Below the pieces are notes generated by a model. The model was not told the origin of the DNA. It saw only the letters and a list, made by a program, of their open reading frames with translations, and did no database searches. Below are positions 54,678-60,190 of a stretch of 60,190 bases of DNA, piece by piece; position 1 is the stretch's first letter; each line of letters starts with the position of its first letter. The DNA comes from Anaerolineales bacterium (GTDB taxonomy: Bacteria > Chloroflexota > Anaerolineae > Anaerolineales > E44-bin32): assembly GCA_035471625.1 (NCBI GenBank), contig DATIPT010000025.1, positions 1 to 60,190 on the forward strand, given 5' to 3'. Both the position numbers and the translations under genes were made by a program.

Positions 54678-55687
54678 GCCCGAAGCACGACAGCGTCCTG
54701 GATTGGCTGCTCGAGAGACAGGACCCGGGAGTCCGGTATTTCGCCCTGCGCGATCTCCTCGGCGCGCCGCCCGACGACAAGGATCTTCGTGCGGCGCGAC
54801 GCGCCACGGTCGACGCCTCACCGGTGCGGCAGATCCTCGCCGCCCAGAAACCGGAGGGCTTCTGGGTCAAACCGGGCCCCGGCTACGGGCCGAAGTACAG
54901 AGGAACGGTGTGGCAGATCATCTTCCTCGGCCAGTTCGGGGCCGATGGCGGCCATCGGGGCGTCCGCCGTGCCGCCAACTACGTCCTCGACCACAGTCGA
55001 TCCCCCCGCAAGGGCTTCTCGGCCAACGGCCTGGCCAGCGGGATGATCCACTGCCTTCAGGGGAACCTCGGGGCATCCCTGCTTGAGCTCGGATATCTCG
55101 ATGACCAACGTCTCAAGGATGCGCTTGACTGGCTGGCGCGCAGCATCACCGGGGAAGGGATCGCTCCGGCGGGTTCGAAGGAAGAAACACGGTACCTTCG
55201 CTCCGGCAACAGCGGACCGGGTTTCCCCTGCTCGGCCAACGATCACAAGCCGTGCGCCTGGGGCGCCATCCCCGCACTCGATGCCCTCAGCCGGATCCCG
55301 CCCCGGCGGCGCACTGCCGCAGTCCGCCGGGCGATCACCGCCGGAACCGAGTTCCTCCTCAGCCGCGATCCGGCGAAGGCCGACTACCCGATGGGCTACA
55401 GCTCGAAGCCGAACGCCAGCTGGTTCAAGTTCGGGTACCCCATGGGGTATGTCACCGATGTCCTGCGCAATGCCGAAGTCCTGGTGCGCCTCGGCAAGGG
55501 CAAGGACCGTCGGCTGGATGCCCTGGCCGACCTGATCCTGGCGAAGAAGGATCGGGATGGTCGCTGGCGCCTCGAGTACTCCTACCAGGGGAAGACCTGG
55601 TTCAATCTGGGCCCCCAGCGGGCCCCGAACAAGTGGGTGACCTTGCGCGCGCGGCGCGCCTTGAGAGGTATGGGAGCAGCGATATGA
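54674..55687 (+). CDS. Uncharacterised protein, probably an alpha/alpha-toroid (prenyltransferase/terpene-cyclase-repeat-like) fold
   Basis: 337 aa with repeated helical-hairpin-like segments (VLDWLLERQ..., ANYVLDHS..., ALDWLARS..., GTEFLLSR..., LADLILAKKDRDGRW). ATGA overlaps occur at both ends. The fold call is from pattern only. Confidence 0.45.
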   Translation: MSPKHDSVLDWLLERQDPGVRYFALRDLLGAPPDDKDLRAARRATVDASPVRQILAAQKPEGFWVKPGPGYGPKYRGTVWQIIFLGQFGADGGHRGVRRAANYVLDHSRSPRKGFSANGLASGMIHCLQGNLGASLLELGYLDDQRLKDALDWLARSITGEGIAPAGSKEETRYLRSGNSGPGFPCSANDHKPCAWGAIPALDALSRIPPRRRTAAVRRAITAGTEFLLSRDPAKADYPMGYSSKPNASWFKFGYPMGYVTDVLRNAEVLVRLGKGKDRRLDALADLILAKKDRDGRWRLEYSYQGKTWFNLGPQRAPNKWVTLRARRALRGMGAAI

Positions 55688-56451
55688 CGAAGACGATTGC
55701 GATGGCCGGAAAGGGCGGGACGGGCAAGACGACGGTCGCCGCGCTCCTCACTCGAGCCCTGCTCCAACGGGGGAACTCGCCGATCCTGGCGATCGATGCC
55801 GATCCGGCCACGAACCTTCACTTGGCCCTCGGCCTACCTGAACCGGCGACCGTCGGGGACTTGCGCGAGGGGATGCGGGCCGAGGCCGGCGCCGGTTCGC
55901 TTGGTGTATCGATCAGCCGCCAGGATTACCTCAACCGCGAGGTCCGGCTGGCCCTCGAAGAAGGCGACCAGGTCGATCTGATCGCCATGGGCCGCCCGGA
56001 AGGCCAGGGCTGCTACTGCGCCGTCAACCACCTCTTGCGACAGATCCTCGATGACCTGGGGAAGACGTACGCCTGGGTGATCATCGACAACGAAGCTGGC
56101 ATGGAGCACATCAGCCGGCGGACGACGCGCGATGTCGATCTGCTGTTGGTGGTCACCGACCCGACCGTACGCGGCCTGCGCACCGCCCAATCGATCGCCA
56201 CGATGTCGGACGACGTCGAGGTCAACGTTCGCCGCAAGCTCCTGATCGTCAACCGTCTCCCGGATCCGGTGCCGCCGGAGTTCGAAAAGGCGCTGGCTGA
56301 AAGCGGGCTGGAGATCGGCGCCCGCATCCCGGCCGATCCATTGGTGGGCGATCTCGACGCCCGTGGGCAATCCCTGCTGCGCCTCAACGGCACCTCGCCC
56401 GCCTGTGCCGCGATCGAGTCGCTCGCCGATCGGATCCTGCAGGATCCGTAG
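55684..56451 (+). CDS. cooC: CooC/AcsF-type Ni-insertion ATPase (MinD/ParA family)
   Basis: Deviant Walker A AMAGKGGTGKTT and the CxC metal motif GQGCYCAVN. Confidence 0.88.
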   Translation: MTKTIAMAGKGGTGKTTVAALLTRALLQRGNSPILAIDADPATNLHLALGLPEPATVGDLREGMRAEAGAGSLGVSISRQDYLNREVRLALEEGDQVDLIAMGRPEGQGCYCAVNHLLRQILDDLGKTYAWVIIDNEAGMEHISRRTTRDVDLLLVVTDPTVRGLRTAQSIATMSDDVEVNVRRKLLIVNRLPDPVPPEFEKALAESGLEIGARIPADPLVGDLDARGQSLLRLNGTSPACAAIESLADRILQDP

Positions 56452-56575
56452 TCGCCAAGCGACCGTCGATTGGAAACGATGACACCCGACCGAATCCCAT
56501 CCGAAGCGCCCTGGAAGGGCTCGCTGACTCCGCCGGGCCCTTCGCTCGCGCCGAGCTGCATCCAAGGAGGCCTCC

Positions 56576-57499
56576 ATGCTCAAGATCGGTGAAAACATCC
56601 ACATCATCTCGCCCCGGGTGAAGACTGCCATCGCCGACCGCGATGGGGGCTTCTTCGTCGACCTCGCCCGCCAGCAGCAGGCCGCCGGCGCCGACGTCCT
56701 CGACCTCAACATCGGCCCCCAGAAGAAGGCCGGCCCCGAGGTGATGGACTGGTTGGTCGACTGCATCCAGGAAGCCGTGCCCGGGATGACCCTTTCCTTC
56801 GACACGACCAACCTGGCAGCGATCGAGGTCGGCCTGAAGAAGGTGGGCTCCAACGCCATCGTCAACTCGACCTCCGCCGAGGAAGAGCGCCTGGCGAATG
56901 TCCCGCCTCTGGCGGCGAAATACAACGCCAAGCTGATCGCGTTGTGCATGGAGAAGGGCGGCATTCCCGTCTCGGCCGACGCCCGGATCGGCATCGCCAT
57001 GGAGAAGCTCATCCCGCGCGCCCAGGAGGTCGGGATCCCGATCGAGAACCTGCTCGTCGATCCGCTGATCCTGACCGTCTCGGGCTGTCAGGAGTACGTT
57101 CCCCATGCCGTCGAGACCGTCCGGATGCTGAAGATGGTCGCCGACCCGCCGCCGCTCACCGTGGTCGGCTTGTCGAATGTCTCGAACCAGGTGCCGGCGG
57201 AGATGCGGCCGCTGGTCAACCGGGTCTACATGGTCATGCTGATGGCCGTCGGCCTCGACGCGGCCATCCTTGATCCACTCGACAAAGAACTGATGGACGT
57301 CATCCAGGCGGTCGAGGGGCGCGACGAGAGCAGCCCGACCTCGGCCTTGTACCTGAAGCTCTTTGACGCCGTGCAGGCCGGTGTCGACCTCGAGCCGGAC
57401 CAGGTCGATCGGAACGATCCAAAGCAGGTCGATATCTGGAAGACCGTGCAGGTCTTGCTCAACAAGGTGATCTACACCGACTCGTACCTGCGGCTGTGA
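56576..57499 (+). CDS. acsE: Methyltetrahydrofolate:corrinoid/iron-sulfur protein methyltransferase
   Basis: MLKIGENIH...ADVLDLNIGP...SFDTTN...NSTS, the pterin-binding TIM-barrel pattern. AAGGAGG lies upstream. Confidence 0.9.
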   Translation: MLKIGENIHIISPRVKTAIADRDGGFFVDLARQQQAAGADVLDLNIGPQKKAGPEVMDWLVDCIQEAVPGMTLSFDTTNLAAIEVGLKKVGSNAIVNSTSAEEERLANVPPLAAKYNAKLIALCMEKGGIPVSADARIGIAMEKLIPRAQEVGIPIENLLVDPLILTVSGCQEYVPHAVETVRMLKMVADPPPLTVVGLSNVSNQVPAEMRPLVNRVYMVMLMAVGLDAAILDPLDKELMDVIQAVEGRDESSPTSALYLKLFDAVQAGVDLEPDQVDRNDPKQVDIWKTVQVLLNKVIYTDSYLRL

Positions 57500-57505
57500 T
57501 CGACC

Positions 57506-57531
57506 GGCCGGGGCCGCCTGGGGCCCCGGCC
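57506..57531 (+). terminator. GC-rich hairpin after acsE (possible terminator or processing site; no U-tract)
   Basis: ggccggggcc-gcctgg-ggccccggcc: a 10-bp stem starting 7 nt after the acsE stop. Confidence 0.4.
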
Positions 57532-57698
57532 ACGCCCGCGAGGGCAGCTCTTGGATCGGGTCATCCGTCACGAGAGCTGGTACACCTCGGCACTGCCGCG
57601 CCGAGCCTGGACGGAACAGGATAGGGACGGCCTCGAGGCTCCGGGCGCGGTCGCACCGAGCCAAGTGGGCCTCATCGCATCCGAAGGAGATGACCTCC

Positions 57699-59060
57699 AT
57701 GCAGAAGACGGCCCCACCCCCGAACGTCGAGGAGTTGCTGGCCAAAGCCAAGCAGCCCTCGGCCGACGCCATGCGCCTTCACCCCTACTACCGGGGGAAG
57801 GTCGAAATCGCCTTGAAGTGCCGCGTCCGCGACTTCAACGATTTCGCCATCTGGTACACCCCAGGCGTCGCCGCTCCCTGCCGGGCGATCGCCGAAGACG
57901 CGGAGCAAGTCTACGAACACACGCACAAGGGCAACACGGTCGCCGTCGTCTCCGATGGCACCCGGGTCCTTGGGCTGGGGGATATCGGCCCCAAGGCCGG
58001 GCTTCCGGTCATGGAGGGCAAGGCTCTGCTCTACAAGTACTTGGGCGGGGTCGACGCCTGGCCGATCATGGTCGACACGAAGGACCCCGACCAGTTGATC
58101 GAGACCGTGCTGTTGATCCAGCCGGGCTTTGGCGGGGTCAACCTGGAAGACATCTCCCAGCCGAAGTGCTTCCGCATTCTCGACACCCTGCGAGCCCGGG
58201 CCGAGATCCCGATCTGGCACGACGACCAGCAGGGCACGGCCACCGTAACCCTGGCCGGGCTGATCAACGCCTTGAAAATCGTCGGCAAGAAGATCGACGA
58301 TGCGTCGATCGTCTTCGTCGGCTCCGGGGCGTCCAACGTAGCCTGCGCCCGGCTGATCTTCGCCTACGGTGCCGACCCGTCGCTCTGTCGCGTCGTCGAC
58401 AGCAAGGGCATCCTCCACAAGGACCGAGACGACATCGCCCTGCGCAAGGCGGAGTTCGTCGACAAGTGGAAGATGTGCCAGACGACCAATGCCGAGGGGC
58501 GCCAGGGCGGCATTCCCGAGGCCATGAAGGACGCCGACGTCGTCATTGCGCTGTCGAAGCCAGGGCCGGGGACCCTCCTACCCGAATGGATCCGGGGCAT
58601 GGCCAAGGACCCGGTCGTCTTCGCCTGCGCCAATCCGGTCCCGGAGATCTGGCCGTGGGAAGCGGCCGAAGCCGGCGCGGCGATCATCGCCACCGGCCGC
58701 TCCGATTTCCCGAACCAGGTCAACAACTCCCTGGGATTCCCCGGCATCTTCCGCGGGACCCTCGACGTACGGGCGACCACGATCACCGACCCGATGTGCG
58801 TGGCGGCGGCCGAAGCCTTGGCGGGCATGGCAGCCGAGAAGGGACTGCGATCCGACTACATCCTGCCCAACATGGATGAATGGGAAGTCTTCCCGCGCGA
58901 GGCGGCCGCCGTCGCCGTCAAGGCCGTCGAAGAAGGCGTCGCCCGCCGAACGATGACCTTCGACGAGGAACTTCGCAACGCCGAGCAGATCATCCGCCGC
59001 TCCCGCAACCTGACCCAGACGATGATGGCCGAGCGCTACGTCGTCGACCCCGACGCCTGA
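57699..59060 (+). CDS. NAD(P)-dependent malic enzyme (short form, no PTA domain)
   Basis: YTPGVAAPC...[39 protein letters not shown]...[10 protein letters not shown] prefer the ATG at 57699 (AAGGAG 9 nt upstream) over 57690. Confidence 0.9.
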   Translation: MQKTAPPPNVEELLAKAKQPSADAMRLHPYYRGKVEIALKCRVRDFNDFAIWYTPGVAAPCRAIAEDAEQVYEHTHKGNTVAVVSDGTRVLGLGDIGPKAGLPVMEGKALLYKYLGGVDAWPIMVDTKDPDQLIETVLLIQPGFGGVNLEDISQPKCFRILDTLRARAEIPIWHDDQQGTATVTLAGLINALKIVGKKIDDASIVFVGSGASNVACARLIFAYGADPSLCRVVDSKGILHKDRDDIALRKAEFVDKWKMCQTTNAEGRQGGIPEAMKDADVVIALSKPGPGTLLPEWIRGMAKDPVVFACANPVPEIWPWEAAEAGAAIIATGRSDFPNQVNNSLGFPGIFRGTLDVRATTITDPMCVAAAEALAGMAAEKGLRSDYILPNMDEWEVFPREAAAVAVKAVEEGVARRTMTFDEELRNAEQIIRRSRNLTQTMMAERYVVDPDA

Positions 59061-59078
59061 GACGGAGGAGGAGCAACC

Positions 59079-59981
59079 ATGTATGACCTGATCATCCTGG
59101 GCGGCGGGCCGGCGGGACTCACGGCCACGGTCTACGCCCTGCGCAAGCGATTGAACGTCCTGCTGATCACCCGAGACCTGGGGGGGAAGACCAACTACCG
59201 ATTGCAGCTACCGTTCGTCGAGAAGCACCTGGTGATCACCGGCGAGGAAGTCGTCAGCCGGTTCGCCAACGAAGTCGAGTACCTCGAGTTCGCCCGGGTC
59301 TTCGAGAAGGCCGAGAAGGTCGAGAAGACTAAGAATGGCTTCCGGGTCTCCACCCGAGAAGGCAAGACCTACGACGCCCGCACGCTGATCGTCGCCACCG
59401 GCGCCTGGGGCCAGCGCCTGGAAGTGCCTGGCGAGAAGGAATACATGATGCGCGGTCTGTGCTACAGCGCCGTCTCCTATGCGCCGCTGTTCATCGAGCG
59501 CGATACGTGCGTCATCGGCGACTCGGCCTTGGCCCTCCGTTCGACTGCCGAACTGTCACGGATCGCCCGCAAGGTCACCCTGGTGGCCCCCAGCCACGGC
59601 GAACTCGATTCGGCGATGGGACGCAAGGTCCTCGGCGCGCCCAACGTCGAGGTCTTGGAAGGCTACCGCGTCGAGGAGGTCATCGGCGACGAGTACGCCC
59701 GCCGCATCCGCATCCGTCGGGACGGCGCCGACCGAGTCCTCGAAGCGGACGCCTTCTTCGTCGAGGTCGACCTGTTGCCGCAGTCGGAGATCGTCGCCGG
59801 CCTGGTCGACCGCGATGCCCTCGGCCACATCAAAGTCGACGCCCGCAACCGGACCTCGGCGGAGGGGATCTTCGCCGCCGGCGACGTCACCGATGTGATC
59901 TCCGAACAAGTGTTGATCTCGGTCGGCGAGGGCGCCAAAGCCGCCCTGGCCGCCTACGAGTACCTCCTCGAAAAGCCCTGA
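59079..59981 (+). CDS. Thioredoxin-reductase/AhpF-fold FAD protein lacking the redox-active CxxC
   Basis: FAD motif DLIILGGGPAGLTA and C-terminal GIFAAGDV. The position equivalent to TrxB GVSACATCDGFF reads GLCYSAVSYAPLF. Confidence 0.75.
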   Translation: MYDLIILGGGPAGLTATVYALRKRLNVLLITRDLGGKTNYRLQLPFVEKHLVITGEEVVSRFANEVEYLEFARVFEKAEKVEKTKNGFRVSTREGKTYDARTLIVATGAWGQRLEVPGEKEYMMRGLCYSAVSYAPLFIERDTCVIGDSALALRSTAELSRIARKVTLVAPSHGELDSAMGRKVLGAPNVEVLEGYRVEEVIGDEYARRIRIRRDGADRVLEADAFFVEVDLLPQSEIVAGLVDRDALGHIKVDARNRTSAEGIFAAGDVTDVISEQVLISVGEGAKAALAAYEYLLEKP

Positions 59982-59994
59982 GCACCACCCTGCT

Positions 59995-60026
59995 GGCCTT
60001 CCCCGGGAGCCTCGGCTCCTGGGGAA
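59995..60026 (+). terminator. Strong hairpin after the flavoprotein gene (possible terminator; no U-tract)
   Basis: ccttccccgggagcc-tc-ggctcctggggaagg: about 13-15 bp with one G-U pair, 14 nt after the stop. Confidence 0.4.
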
Positions 60027-60102
60027 GGGACCGGCGGGGATCCAGCACCCCGGCGCGATACTCATGGCAGGCGATCCCACACCCTCCAGGGAGGATCTGC
60101 CG

Positions 60103-60190
60103 ATGGATACTCTACTCGCCTACGACGTCGGAACCAGCGGAACCAAGGCTGTCCTAATGACCCCCACGGGACAGATCCTGGCGACCGCCT
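60103..60190 (+). CDS. FGGY-family carbohydrate kinase, 5' fragment running off the window
   Basis: ATG at 60103 preceded by GGGAGG. The translation MDTLLAYDVGTSGTKAVLMTPTGQILATA carries the DxGTSxxK phosphate-1 motif. Confidence 0.6.
   Translation, partial: MDTLLAYDVGTSGTKAVLMTPTGQILATA

Noticed and set aside
1-60190. I searched for mobile elements, CRISPR arrays, rRNA and tRNA genes, in-frame TGA (selenocysteine) in hdrA/mvh/CODH genes, and inteins.
   Set aside because: I recognised no transposase, integrase or recombinase motifs, no regularly spaced repeats, and no cloverleaf-compatible sequences. All hydrogenase, Hdr and CODH genes are uninterrupted and of normal length.

Overview
GC-rich bacterial chromosomal segment. 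G/C dominates third codon positions, so the six-frame track is full of long antisense and out-of-frame shadow ORFs. I support about 57 protein-coding genes and found no rRNA, tRNA, CRISPR array, transposase or integrase. Left part (1-14.7 kb): a BtrH-like protein; a PLD plus large YjgR/HerA-like NTPase pair; a DtxR-FeoB-(Cys-rich)FeoA iron-uptake unit; a Lys-repeat/LysM protein; a pyrC-pyrB-pyrF::pyrE-pyrD operon with a near-consensus promoter and an attenuator-like leader; and a DUF385 deazaflavin-type oxidoreductase. Centre (14.7-40.1 kb, all on the minus strand) holds three [NiFe]-hydrogenase systems, each followed by its own maturation endopeptidase. The first is hdrCBA-mvhDGA (group 3c, heterodisulfide-reductase linked) plus a protease and a stand-alone cNMP-binding protein. 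The second is a four-subunit NAD(P)-linked group 3b (sulfhydrogenase-type) enzyme. The third is a ten-subunit membrane-bound group 4 enzyme whose subunits match complex I NuoJ,K,L,N,A,B,C,D,H,I. The last two are joined by overlapping stop/start codons into one long unit. Sensor kinases and response regulators lie between the hydrogenase units and just upstream of the group 4 unit. Right part (43.4-57.5 kb, plus strand): a CODH/acetyl-CoA-synthase carbonyl-branch cluster (acsA, acsB, acsD, acsC, RACo, cooC/acsF, acsE). It carries extra, uncharacterised genes: a DUF166-like protein, an HMA-fold protein lacking the CxxC motif, an 88-aa Cys protein, and a radical-SAM protein coupled to an alpha/alpha-toroid-like protein. 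After it come a malic enzyme, a thioredoxin-reductase-like flavoprotein lacking its redox cysteines, and the start of an FGGY kinase. The most interesting items are the uncharacterised genes translationally coupled inside the acs operon, the complex-I-like group 4 hydrogenase fused to a group 3b operon, paired CRP/FNR-type boxes at the hdr-mvh promoter, and the pyr leader.
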